From: Deltaproteobacteria bacterium
Lineage (GTDB): Bacteria; Myxococcota_A; Polyangia; Polyangiales; Houyiibacteriaceae
Assembly (NCBI GenBank): GCA_034670305.1
Contig: JAXMNT010000015.1
Location: 84,417 to 148,416, forward strand
Direction: 5' to 3'
Length of the DNA stretch: 64,000 bases
Shown here one piece after another: positions 42,432 through 52,008 of the stretch. Under the pieces are notes generated by a model. It had not been told where the DNA came from and searched no databases. It saw nothing but the letters and a program-made list of their open reading frames with translations. Both the position numbers and the translations under genes were made by a program. Position 1 is the stretch's first letter; the number at the start of each line of letters is the position of its first letter.

Positions 42432-42583
42432 TATTCTTGGGGGCACGGCCCCCAAACCCCGTCCGTGACACGGCTTGCTCGCTTCGCTCGGCTTCGCCGC
42501 GTCGGATATTCTTGGGGGCACGGCCCCCAAACCCCGTCCGTGACACGGCTTGCTCGCTTCGCTCGGCTTCGCCGCGTCGGATA
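42432..42583. repeat. Exact 75-bp tandem duplication of a palindromic unit
   Basis: Two copies of TATTCTTGGGGGCACGGCCCCCAAACCCC...GCTCGCTTCGCTCGGCTTCGCCGCGTCGGA. Confidence 0.95.
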
Positions 42584-42655
42584 TGCGAGCAGACACCCGC
42601 GTCCAAGTCGTGCACTCTCGTCGGGATCGCAGCGCGGCTGTGGGGGAGGTACCCG

Positions 42656-43054
42656 ATGACTGAAGAAGCGGCGAAGCCCGAAGAGTTCAACCTGATGATG
42701 GGCATCGCGGGGGCGGCGGCAGGCGCCATCGCGATCGGACTGGCCTACGGCGCAGTCGGTATGTTCGTGGCGGAGTACAAGTGGCTCGCGCTGGCCACGG
42801 GGGCGGCGTCGGGCGTGGCGGCGGTTCGACTGGCCAAGGGCTACTCGATTCCGCTGGGCGCGGCGGCCGCGGTCTTGACCTTGGTGGGGATCATCGCCGG
42901 CAAGATGCTCATCCGACCCGAAGGCGCCGACTGGGTCGCGTACCACACGACGATGTTCGACATCTTGTTCTGCTACATCGGCGCACCCGCCACCGCGTTC
43001 GTGGCGGCCGGCACCGCGGCGGGCGGTTCGATTCGGGAACACCTTCCGTTCTGA
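42656..43054 (+). CDS. Small hypothetical membrane protein
   Basis: GGAGG RBS, about four hydrophobic helices, followed by a terminator. Confidence 0.8.
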   Translation: MTEEAAKPEEFNLMMGIAGAAAGAIAIGLAYGAVGMFVAEYKWLALATGAASGVAAVRLAKGYSIPLGAAAAVLTLVGIIAGKMLIRPEGADWVAYHTTMFDILFCYIGAPATAFVAAGTAAGGSIREHLPF

Positions 43055-43077
43055 GGGGGAGCCGGTTCGACGGACGA

Positions 43078-43115
43078 GAAACGCCCCGGCCGGACGGTCG
43101 GGGCGTTTTTTTTTT
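43078..43115 (+). terminator. Intrinsic terminator
   Basis: AAACGCCCCGGCC-GGAC-GGTCGGGGCGTTT followed by a T-run. Confidence 0.9.
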
Positions 43116-43376
43116 GGGGAGGGTTGGGCGATCACTCGCCGGCTTCGGCCACCTCCGCAGGCAGTGGCGTGGACGTCACCGCAGGACCGATGAGCGCGGC
43201 CACCGCCGGACTCATGGCTGGGAACGAGTCGGCCGCGGCCCGAAGCTCGCGGCGGAGCTCCATCCGGGTGGTCTCCGGCAGCTCGAACCACAACGCCTCG
43301 AAGCGGACGTCCGCGTGAATCGCATCGGATTGCCCGGAAAAGCCACGCCCCTTGCCAGCGGGCCTCGCGCCAGGTA

Positions 43377-43396
43377 AATGAACGTTCATTCATTTT
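43377..43396. promoter_or_regulatory. Palindromic operator (TetR-like) upstream of the fatty-acid degradation genes
   Basis: Perfect AT-rich palindrome AATGAACGTTCATT plus an extra CATT. Confidence 0.6.
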
Positions 43397-43429
43397 CTGC
43401 GTTCCGGGGCGACCGGACGAGGAGTCCCG

Positions 43430-44599
43430 ATGTTCCAGCCGTTCACCGAAGACCACAACGCGTTCCGAAAGCTGGTGCGCGACTTCGCCGAGAAGGAACT
43501 CGCGCCCCAGGTGGACGCCTGGGAAGAGGCGGAGCTCTTTCCGGACTCGGTCTTCCAGCGGGCGGGGGAGCTCGGGATTCTCGGCGCCCACTACCCTGAG
43601 GATTGCGGCGGCGCGGGCGGCGACTTCTGGATGAACGTGGTGATGGCGGAGGAGCTCAGCCGGTGCGGCGCAGCCGGCGTCACCATGGGCCTGCTCGTGC
43701 AGAGTTCGATGGCCACCCCGTGCATCGCCGACCTCGGCACGCCTGAGCAGAAGAAGCTCTTCCTGGAGCCCGCGCTGCGCGGCGAGAAGATCGCCGCGCT
43801 CGGCGTCAGTGAGCCTGGCGCCGGCTCGGACGTCGCGGGTCTGCGCACCACCGCGAAACTCGTCGGCGACGAGTACGTCATCAACGGCAGCAAGACCTAC
43901 ATCACGAACGGCACCCGCGCGGACTTCATCACGCTGATGGTGAAGACGGATCCGGAAGCAGGCCACGCCGGGATCTCGATCATCCTGTGTCCCACCGGCT
44001 TGCCCGGCTACGGGGTCAGCAAGAAGCTCGCGAAGGCCGGCAACTGGTCGAGCGACACGGCGGAGCTCTTCTTCGAAGACGTGAAGGTGCCGAAGAGCTA
44101 CTTGCTCGGCCAACCCGGTATGGGGTTCATGTACCTGATGCAGAACTTCCAGTCGGAGCGGCTCGTCGGGTGCGCGAGCGCGCTTGCGGCGTCGAAGCGG
44201 GCGCTCGACCGGAGCGTCGAGTGGGGCCGTGAGCGGGTCGCCTTCGGCAAGCCGCTCATCAAGCGCGAGTACTGGCAGCAAAAGTTCGCCGAGCTGTACA
44301 CGAAATACGAGGCCGGCAAGGCGCTCACCTACCACGCGTGCGATCGCTACAACGACGAGAAGCACGTCGGCAACGGCATGCTCTCGATGGAGACCACCAA
44401 ACTCGTCTCGATGGCCAAGGTCTTCGTGGGCGACATCACCGGCGAGATCATCGACCAGTGCGTACAGTTCCACGGCGGCATGGGCTACCTCGAAGAACTC
44501 TGGGTCGCCCGAGCCTGGCGCGATCAACGCTTGCTGCGCATCGGTGGCGGCGCCACAGAAGTCATGCGCTACGCGATCGCCAAACTCATGGGGCTCTGA
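43430..44599 (+). CDS. Acyl-CoA dehydrogenase
   Basis: SEPGAGSD, INGSKTYITNG, SDTAELFFEDV, QFHGGMGY, IGGGATE. Confidence 0.96.
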   Translation: MFQPFTEDHNAFRKLVRDFAEKELAPQVDAWEEAELFPDSVFQRAGELGILGAHYPEDCGGAGGDFWMNVVMAEELSRCGAAGVTMGLLVQSSMATPCIADLGTPEQKKLFLEPALRGEKIAALGVSEPGAGSDVAGLRTTAKLVGDEYVINGSKTYITNGTRADFITLMVKTDPEAGHAGISIILCPTGLPGYGVSKKLAKAGNWSSDTAELFFEDVKVPKSYLLGQPGMGFMYLMQNFQSERLVGCASALAASKRALDRSVEWGRERVAFGKPLIKREYWQQKFAELYTKYEAGKALTYHACDRYNDEKHVGNGMLSMETTKLVSMAKVFVGDITGEIIDQCVQFHGGMGYLEELWVARAWRDQRLLRIGGGATEVMRYAIAKLMGL

Positions 44600-44666
44600 C
44601 GCCCCTCCAACGTCCGGGGCAACCTCACTGCCCTGACCTCACTGCCGCGCTGCCAAGGAAGACACC

Positions 44667-45908
44667 ATGACCGACCCCACCGCCTACATCCTCGACGCCG
44701 CTCGAACCCCGCGCGGCCGTGGCAAGAAAGACAAGGGCGCGCTCAGCGGCGTGCACCCGCAGGAGCTGCTCGCACAGACCCTCGAAGCCTTGGCCGCCAA
44801 GGCCGAGTTCGACCCGGCCGATGTGGAAGACGTCGTCATGGGCTGCGTGAGCCAAGCCCAGGAACAGGGCGCATGCATCGCCCGCAACGCCGTGCTCGCG
44901 AGCAACTGGCCGATCGAAGTCCCAGGCGTGACCCTGAACCGGTTCTGCGGCTCGGGGCTGCAGGCGGTGAACTTCGCCGCGATGGGCGTGCTCTCCGGTC
45001 AGCAGGACCTCGTGGTCGCCGGCGGCGTCGAGAGCATGTCGCGCGTGCCGATGGGCAGCGACGGCGCGGGCATCGACGGCAACAACCCGCACCTCCGCAA
45101 GAAGCACATGCAGGTGCCCCAGGGCATCAGCGCCGATCTCATCGCGACCCTGGAAGGGTTCACCCGAGAAGACGCCGACGAGTTCGCGGCCGAGTCCCAG
45201 AAGCGCGCGGCCGAAGCGATCGAACGCGGGTGGTTCGATCGGGCACTCTTCGACGTGAAGGATCCCGCAACCGGAGACGTGGTGCTCTCCCGCGACGAAC
45301 ACCCGCGGCCCGGCACCACGAAGGAGTCGCTCGCAGGGCTCAACGCGTCGTTCGTCAAGATGGGCGCGATGCCGGTCGGACCGAATGGTGAGACGCTCGA
45401 CGGGATCGCACTCGCCCGCTACCCGGAGGCGAAGGCGATCCAGCACATCCACCACGCGGGCAACTCGAGCGGCATCGTCGATGGTGCCGCCGCGGTGCTC
45501 CTCGCCTCCCAGGCCTACGTGACGTCGCACGGTGTCAAACCGCGCGCGAAGATCCGTGCGATGGCCACCGCCGGCGCCGAGCCGATCATCATGCTGACCG
45601 CACCCACGCCCGCTTCGAAGCGGGCGCTCGAGAAAGCCGGCATGACCGCGGACGACATCGATCTGTGGGAGATCAACGAGGCGTTCGCCGTCGTGCCGCT
45701 TCAGACCATGCGCAACCTCGGCGTCGATCGCGCCAAGGTGAACATGGCCGGTGGATCGATCGCGCTCGGACACCCCCTCGGTGCCACCGGCGCCATGCTG
45801 CTTCAGACCGCGGTGGACGAGCTCGAGCGACGCGACCTCAACACCGCGCTGATCACGCTGTGCATCGGTGGCGGCATGGGCATCGCGACCATCATCGAAC
45901 GCGTCTGA
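44667..45908 (+). CDS. Acetyl-CoA C-acyltransferase (thiolase)
   Basis: [38 protein letters not shown]. Confidence 0.96.
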   Translation: MTDPTAYILDAARTPRGRGKKDKGALSGVHPQELLAQTLEALAAKAEFDPADVEDVVMGCVSQAQEQGACIARNAVLASNWPIEVPGVTLNRFCGSGLQAVNFAAMGVLSGQQDLVVAGGVESMSRVPMGSDGAGIDGNNPHLRKKHMQVPQGISADLIATLEGFTREDADEFAAESQKRAAEAIERGWFDRALFDVKDPATGDVVLSRDEHPRPGTTKESLAGLNASFVKMGAMPVGPNGETLDGIALARYPEAKAIQHIHHAGNSSGIVDGAAAVLLASQAYVTSHGVKPRAKIRAMATAGAEPIIMLTAPTPASKRALEKAGMTADDIDLWEINEAFAVVPLQTMRNLGVDRAKVNMAGGSIALGHPLGATGAMLLQTAVDELERRDLNTALITLCIGGGMGIATIIERV

Positions 45909-46028
45909 CGGGACTTCGGGCGACGTCTGGGTTGGGATTCGTGCCCGCGGACCCCACCCAAAACGCTTGCGCTGATCTTCTACCGAGCTACACCCGGCTG
46001 GCGTTGGGGGACGCATCGACGCGAACCC

Positions 46029-47204
46029 ATGAGCACCCTCGGAATCGACCTCGGCACCACCCACACCGTCTTGGCACGGGCGGGACGCGCGCTTCATCCC
46101 AAGGGCCGAACGCCCATCGTGCCGAGCGCCATGTCGGTGCCGCCCGATGGACCCGTGCTCGTCGGCCGCCGCGCGCTCGACCGCCGCGCCATCGATCCCG
46201 AACAGACCATTCTTTCGTCGAAGCGTCTCATCGGCAGACCCTTCGTCGTGTCGTGGCGCGACGAGTTTCAGTCGTACTTCGGGCCGCGGCTCACCGGAAC
46301 AGGCAGCAACGAGTTTGGTTTCCGGACCCGTCTCGGCGTCTTCAGCCCGACCCACGTCGCCGGGCAGATCGTCAGCTACGCCGCCCACCGCGCCGGCGTG
46401 GTCGCCCGAGACACCACCGCCATCGTCACCGTGCCGGCCGCGTTCGATCAGCGGCAGCGCTCGGCGACGCGCGACGCGATCCGAGGCGCTGGGTTCCCGG
46501 CCATCGGCGTCATCGACGAACCGGTCGCGACCGCCATCGCGTACCTCCAGCGAAGCAACCTTCGCTACGCCGCGGTCTACGACTTTGGCGGGGGCACCTT
46601 CGACCTCGCGATCGTCGATTGCCACGCGTTCCCGTTCCGGGTGCTCGCGTACGACGGCGACCCGTTTCTGGGCGGCGACGACGTCGACGAAGTGCTCGCC
46701 AAACGGGTCGCAGGCATCGTGCTTCGAGAACACCGCTGGGACCTCGGCTCCGATCGAAGCACCTGGCGGCGACTCGTCAGCGCATGCGAGTGGGCCAAAC
46801 GCACCCTCGCCACCCGCGACGAGGTCGGCATCCCGATCACCGAGATCGACCCCGCCGCGCCGCAGAACATCGATCCGGTGCCGATGACCCGAGAGGTCGT
46901 GGAACACATCGGCGCGAGCTTCGTGCACAAGACGTTCGCGCTCTGCGACGCAGCGCTCTCCAAAGCCCGCGTGCCGGCCCAACAAATGGACGCCGTGTTC
47001 CTCGCGGGCGGCTCCACGATGTTGCCCGGGCTCCACGAACTCGTCGGCACTTACTTCGGAAAACGGCCCCGCTTCGACCTGGACCCGATGCACGTCGTCG
47101 CGCTCGGCGCCAGCTACGCAGCCGTCCGACCGGACCTGCACAAGTTGCTCGACCAACCGATCGCACGACGACCGCAGTCGCGCCCTGATCTGATTCCTTC
47201 TTAA
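46029..47204 (+). CDS. Hsp70-family protein, ATPase domain only
   Basis: GIDLGTT, TVPAAF, DEPVATA, YDFGGGTFD, LAGGST, VALGA; no substrate-binding domain. Confidence 0.9.
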   Translation: MSTLGIDLGTTHTVLARAGRALHPKGRTPIVPSAMSVPPDGPVLVGRRALDRRAIDPEQTILSSKRLIGRPFVVSWRDEFQSYFGPRLTGTGSNEFGFRTRLGVFSPTHVAGQIVSYAAHRAGVVARDTTAIVTVPAAFDQRQRSATRDAIRGAGFPAIGVIDEPVATAIAYLQRSNLRYAAVYDFGGGTFDLAIVDCHAFPFRVLAYDGDPFLGGDDVDEVLAKRVAGIVLREHRWDLGSDRSTWRRLVSACEWAKRTLATRDEVGIPITEIDPAAPQNIDPVPMTREVVEHIGASFVHKTFALCDAALSKARVPAQQMDAVFLAGGSTMLPGLHELVGTYFGKRPRFDLDPMHVVALGASYAAVRPDLHKLLDQPIARRPQSRPDLIPS

Positions 47205-47213
47205 TTGCACTAC

Positions 47214-47234
47214 GCCTGGCTCGCTTCGCGAGAC
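47214..47234. repeat. REP-like unit GCCTGGCTCGCTTCGCGAGAC
   Basis: Copies at 39290-39310 (reverse complement) and 51046-51066; partial copies at 40820-40837 and 51083-51098. Confidence 0.8.
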
Positions 47235-47241
47235 TCGCAGC

Positions 47242-47792
47242 CTGCCCCTTGCCCCTGCCCTTGCCTTTGCCCTTGCCCGCGGATCAGCGGTCAGATCGCT
47301 TGATCAGCGCGACGAGCATCGCGACGACCTGCTCGAGGTGGGCCAGAGCCCGTTCGATATCGGGCCTCGATGCCTCGGCCCGACGGTCCGTAATTTCGAG
47401 CCAGGAGACGACCTCGATCGCGGAGCGCCGGGCCATCCGATAGAAGCAGGCCTTCTGCTTGGGACTGAACTCGCCTGCGCCCTCGGCGATGTTGGCGACG
47501 ACGGAAGTCGCAGCGCGATCGATCTGGTCTCGGAGCTGAGCACGGCCTCGCGGGAGGCAGACGCAAGACACAGTTCGCCGCCTACCTGGCCGGCGCCGCA
47601 ACAACCTCCTACGCGTCGCGCGGCTGCGGAGCTGCGCCGCGTAGCACCGACCGATGCCCGGCGGCTTCGTCCGCTGGGCATCGGGCTCCGATTCGCGGCC
47701 TCGCCGTCTCGAACACACGGCGTCCACGACGCGGGCAAGGGCACGGGCAAGGGCAACGGCAAGGGAGCAGGTCGCTTTTCAGCGACCTGCTA
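47242..47792 (-). mobile_element. TAG-hairpin-(CCCTTG)n...(CAAGGG)n element, copy B, carrying a four-helix-bundle remnant
   Basis: Starts at the TAG of the upstream gene; both ends nearly identical to the inverted copy at 61986-62272. Confidence 0.75.
47284..47559 (-). pseudogene. 5'-truncated four-helix-bundle gene (second subfamily)
   Basis: LPRGRAQLRDQIDRAATSVVANIAEGAGEFSPKQKACFYRMARRSAIE...VVAMLVALI. Confidence 0.82.
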
Positions 47793-48866
47793 GCTGACGG
47801 CCATCCGGTAGATCACGCTCTCCCACCAGGAAGAGGTGCCGACGAGATCGACGATGGTGATCGACTCCGCGGCCGCGCGATCCGGCCGCATGCCGAGTGC
47901 CACCGAATCCGCCGCGAGCTGCTGCGCCAGCGCATAGCGGGTGGCGAGCTCGGTCCGGTACTGGGCGAACGAGGCGTAGCCGGTCCAGTACATCATCCAA
48001 ATCGAGTCGGCGATCCACGCGGCGTAGACCGTGCGCGGATCCTTCTCCTTGGTCCGTTTCTCCGCCCGCTCGTAGGCATCGGACCAGGGCCGGACGGTCT
48101 CTGGGTTCTTGAGCTTCATGCCTTCGCGGCGGCAGATGCCGTCGCCGAAGATCCGCATGGCGTGGTCGAATCGGGTGTCGCCAATGTTCGCGCTCATGCC
48201 GCCCCCGACCTTCTTCCAGTCTGCGGTCTTCAGCTTCGGGAACGGTTTCGCGTCGAGGACCTGGGCAGGGTCCGCGCCCGACTCCAGCGCTTCGAGCATG
48301 GGCGTCTCGATGCCGACGTAGGTCGCGAACTTCACGTGCGCGCGCCCGCTCATCTTCACCCGAGCACCGACGCGGTGGTTGGGGCGCAGGCGGCCACCGC
48401 GATCGACGAGCACGGGGTGGGTGGCTTCGACCGTCACCTGCGGTGCGTCGCCGAGGTTCTGACACGAGCAGCGGTGTTCGACGGTGACCCGTCCTCCGTC
48501 CGGGGTGGCGGTCAAGCCGATCGGGAAGCGCTTGCAACTCCGCGGCAAGAGAAGCCCGTCCATCGCGTCGTGCACCATGCACCGCTGCTCTTGGCCGAGC
48601 AGCACACAACTGCCGTCTTCCTTCTTCATCTTGAGCACGTGGCTCTGCACCAGCGAGTCGAAGCCAGTGAGCCCGTCGGCCACAAGCGAGAGGTGCACAC
48701 GCTCCTTGCTGGTGATGGGACCGATGGCGTGAATGTCGGTACAGCAAAGACCGTCGCCGAAGCATGCGTAGCGCGCACCGGGCCGCACCTGCAGTGGACG
48801 CAGTTTGCCCCGGATGGTGCGCTTCTTCTTCTTCTTCGTCTTCGAGGCCGTTTTGGTGGTGGTCAT
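47790..48866 (-). CDS. Hypothetical protein with a YkgJ/CxxCxxCC-like Cys cluster
   Basis: YACFGDGLCC...CVLL...CMVH...PRSCKRFP...CSC. Confidence 0.7.
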   Translation of the reverse strand: MTTTKTASKTKKKKKRTIRGKLRPLQVRPGARYACFGDGLCCTDIHAIGPITSKERVHLSLVADGLTGFDSLVQSHVLKMKKEDGSCVLLGQEQRCMVHDAMDGLLLPRSCKRFPIGLTATPDGGRVTVEHRCSCQNLGDAPQVTVEATHPVLVDRGGRLRPNHRVGARVKMSGRAHVKFATYVGIETPMLEALESGADPAQVLDAKPFPKLKTADWKKVGGGMSANIGDTRFDHAMRIFGDGICRREGMKLKNPETVRPWSDAYERAEKRTKEKDPRTVYAAWIADSIWMMYWTGYASFAQYRTELATRYALAQQLAADSVALGMRPDRAAAESITIVDLVGTSSWWESVIYRMAVS

Positions 48867-48867
48867 G

Positions 48868-50355
48868 TCAGCTTTGCACGACGGCGAGCACGGGCTCGCT
48901 GGCGAGGTACACGACCTCGTCGTCGGGACCGATCTCGACTTCGTCGGCCGGGTTGATCATCTGTTTGGAGGTGTCGGGGCACACGGTGCCGACCACCTGG
49001 ATGCCGTGTCGTTTGCGGAGCGCCGCAGAGACTTCACCGTAGGTCTTGCCGATGAGTTCCTTGGGCACCCAGCCCACGTAGAAGTTGTTGCCACCGGCGG
49101 CAATCACTTCACTCGTGACCGTGCCCACGCCGGGGAACGCCAGGGTGTGCGAGAGCATGACGAACCCGAGCCGGCGAGACTCGATGATCTCGTCCGCGCC
49201 AGCGGAGCGCGCATGGGTGATGTTCTCAGAGTCGAGGATCTCGACCACGATCTGAAGCGGCATGTGCCGGTCCTTCGTGCTCTCCTGTTTGGCCATGTAG
49301 GAGCGGATGGTGAATGTGGTCAGCAGCGTGTTCGCGTCCGCCATCTGAGGGGTGGTGGCGCGGGAGCCGATCACCACGACGCCGCGCGCATACGACATCC
49401 GCACCTTGGCCAGCTCGCTCTCCTTCGACGGGTCTCCAGTGACCCACAGGATCTCTGGTGGGATCCCGGCGGGCCGCTCACTCGGCGCGAAGAGCACGAC
49501 GCGGGTGCGCTCGATGTCGAGTTCGTCGTCGAGCGCCTTGATGAGCAGGTCGTGTCCTGCTTCGTATCCACACACGACGATGTGGTTCGTGTAGCCACTC
49601 ATTCGAAACTGCTCCTCGCGGATGCTGAGCACCGCGTTCAAGAGACTGTGACCGACCAGGCCGGCGAAAAGTGCGAGGGTGAACATGCCGCCCACCATCA
49701 AGAAGCCGGCGATCACCCGGCCGAGGTCGGTGGCCGGCGTGACGTCCCCGTAGCCGACCGTCGTCAACGTCACGAGCGCCCACCAGATGCCTTCGCCGAC
49801 ACTCTCGACGCCGCCGGCGCTGCGTTCGACGAGGTAGAGGCTCACCCCACCGAGCGCGGTCTCGATGCCCAGCACGGAGAACGCCGCCAGCCAGAGCACG
49901 CGGTCGCGCTCGAACGCGTGGATCATTCCGGAGAACGGGTTGCCGTACTTGAACAGTCGGCGCGATCGCAGCAGCCGCAACAGTCGCAATGCCCGCAGGC
50001 CGCGCAGTGCGGGAACGACCGCAAGGACCGTGATCAGGTCCACCATGTTCAGCGGTCGCGCGAGGAACCGGACCCGGCTCCAGATGTGGGCTCGGAGTGC
50101 GCCGATCGGCGGCTTGCGGAACACGGCGAGTTCCACCGGCTGGAAGGTGGCGACCCTCAACACCAACTCGATCGCGAACAACCCGAGGATGACGACATCC
50201 ACCACCCGCCCGACCAGCTCGGCGGGGCCTTCGAGGAAGGGTTCGGCGAACAGAAGCAAGATGGAGACGACGAGCAGGAACCAAACGCTGCTCTCCACGG
50301 CCCGGTACGCGCGGGTGCGCGGGTCATGAAACGTCCGGTGCAATGCCTCCCACAC
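48868..50355 (-). CDS. Voltage-gated-type potassium channel with RCK (TrkA-N) domain
   Basis: S4 LRGLRALRLLRLLR, TTVGYGD filter, HIVVCGY, GDP; start estimated. Confidence 0.92.
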   Translation of the reverse strand: MWEALHRTFHDPRTRAYRAVESSVWFLLVVSILLLFAEPFLEGPAELVGRVVDVVILGLFAIELVLRVATFQPVELAVFRKPPIGALRAHIWSRVRFLARPLNMVDLITVLAVVPALRGLRALRLLRLLRSRRLFKYGNPFSGMIHAFERDRVLWLAAFSVLGIETALGGVSLYLVERSAGGVESVGEGIWWALVTLTTVGYGDVTPATDLGRVIAGFLMVGGMFTLALFAGLVGHSLLNAVLSIREEQFRMSGYTNHIVVCGYEAGHDLLIKALDDELDIERTRVVLFAPSERPAGIPPEILWVTGDPSKESELAKVRMSYARGVVVIGSRATTPQMADANTLLTTFTIRSYMAKQESTKDRHMPLQIVVEILDSENITHARSAGADEIIESRRLGFVMLSHTLAFPGVGTVTSEVIAAGGNNFYVGWVPKELIGKTYGEVSAALRKRHGIQVVGTVCPDTSKQMINPADEVEIGPDDEVVYLASEPVLAVVQS

Positions 50356-50544
50356 CGAACCTCTGTACCACCGGATGCAACAAGGCGGCAGTATCCGGTG
50401 TGCGGGCCGCGCCGGTGCCGGTGCCGTGCCCACGCCCGCAAGACAGCGCAGGACGTCGAACGAACCGAGCCCGCCGTGTTGTTTGGATGGGGTTTTGGGC
50501 CTCGGCGAGGAGAACGGAGGCCCGTCTTCAGCGCTTCGTGGCTG

Positions 50545-50988
50545 TTACCCGAGCAGGGAAGAAGCGATCTTGGAGGCCATCTTGCCGTCGATGGTGCCGC
50601 GGTGTTTGGCCATGATGGCTTTCATCAAGGCGCCCATCTGCTTCTTCTCGGTCAGGCCGAGTTCCGCAACGAGCTGCGTGATGCTGGCCCGTGCTTCCTC
50701 TTCGGTCAGGGCCGTCGGCAGGTACTTCTCGATGACGAGGATCTCGGCCCGCTCCCGCGCCGCGAGCTCCGGCCGCTCGCCATCGTCGTAGGCGCTGGCG
50801 CTCTCTTTGCGGGTCTTGACCCCGCGCATGAGGATCGCGAGTTCTTCGTCCGCGGAGAGGGCGGCGCCCTTGTCGAGTTCCGCTTTGCCCAGTTCGGACT
50901 TGAGCATCCGCAGCGTGTCGCGGGTGACCTCGTCCTTGGCCTTCATGGCGGTCTTCAGATCATCGAGTAGCTCGGTTTGCAGTGACAT
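50545..50988 (-). CDS. GatB/YqeY domain protein
   Basis: DLKTAMKAKD...LRMLKS...RKES...EKYLP...MGALMK. Confidence 0.92.
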   Translation of the reverse strand: MSLQTELLDDLKTAMKAKDEVTRDTLRMLKSELGKAELDKGAALSADEELAILMRGVKTRKESASAYDDGERPELAARERAEILVIEKYLPTALTEEEARASITQLVAELGLTEKKQMGALMKAIMAKHRGTIDGKMASKIASSLLG

Positions 50989-51125
50989 GGCTGCCCGAAG
51001 GTGGGGTCGCGACGACCGCTGCGCAACCGGCCCATGCCACGACCGGCCTGGCTCGCTTCGCGAGACGGAGCATGGGCTGCCTCGCGCTTCGCGAGACTGC
51101 CAGACGGATCTATCCTGCCGAGAGG

Positions 51126-51860
51126 TCAGAAGTAGGAGAGCACGAGCGCCCGCGCGAGCAGGTACCAGCCCTCCACCAGCACGAAGAGCAACAGCTTGAA
51201 CGGGAGGCTGACCGTGGTGGGACTGAGCATGTGCATGCCGAGCGCGAGCAAGACGTTCGCAACCACCATGTCGATCACCAAGAACGGGATGAACACCAGA
51301 AACCCGACCTGAAACGCTTCGGCCAGCTCTGTGATCAAGAACGCCGGAAGCAGCACCATCAAGTCGTCGGCGTTCACGTCGTCGCGGGTATCGGGATCGC
51401 GGGCCCGGCGCGCGAGGTCGAGAAAGAGCTCCCGTTCGCGTTCGCCCGCGTTGCGCTCGAGGAACTCGCGGAGCGGTTCTTTGCCCCGGTCGATGGCCTC
51501 GAGGATGGCCTCCATGCTGTCCTCTTCGAACGGCTCCTGAAGGTCGATGCGCTCCACACTCGGGCCAGCCGCCTCCGCGATCCGTTGTCCGACGGGCGTC
51601 ATCACATAGAGGGTGAGTATGGCCGCCAGTGCCGTGATGACCGTGCCCGAGGGGACCTGCCCGGTGCCGAGCGCGTTGCGCAGGATCGAGAGCACGACGC
51701 TGATCTTCACGAACGAGGTCGTGGTCATGAAGACGAAGGGCAAGAGTGTCAGCACGGCGAGCGCGACGATGCTGACCAACGGCCGGGACGCGACCGACTC
51801 GTCCTGCGCGTACCCGAGCGACGGCGCGACGAACGTGGCCGCCAGCGCCAGTCCGATCAT
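51126..51860 (-). CDS. sctR: Type III export gate subunit SctR/FliP family
   Basis: TTSFVKISVVLSILRNALG..QVP, LLPAFLITEL.EAFQVGF, DMVVANVLLALGM.MLSP..SLPFKLLLFVLVEGW. Confidence 0.88.
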   Translation of the reverse strand: MIGLALAATFVAPSLGYAQDESVASRPLVSIVALAVLTLLPFVFMTTTSFVKISVVLSILRNALGTGQVPSGTVITALAAILTLYVMTPVGQRIAEAAGPSVERIDLQEPFEEDSMEAILEAIDRGKEPLREFLERNAGERERELFLDLARRARDPDTRDDVNADDLMVLLPAFLITELAEAFQVGFLVFIPFLVIDMVVANVLLALGMHMLSPTTVSLPFKLLLFVLVEGWYLLARALVLSYF

Positions 51861-52008
51861 TCGCCAGCAAGATCGCTTGGATGCATCCACGGCGGCGCGA
51901 GCATCGCGCTTCCGGGTCGAGGCCGTCAATCGGTCATGGGCCTGCGGGCGAACCGGGGGTAAGGAGGCGAGCGTTTCTTCTGTGGCGCCAGCCTGTATGC
52001 TTTGCGCC

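Noticed and set aside
43132-43389. 85-aa minus-strand ORF whose C-terminal half looks protein-like
   Set aside because: Its start overlaps the operator palindrome and no family is recognisable; at most a remnant
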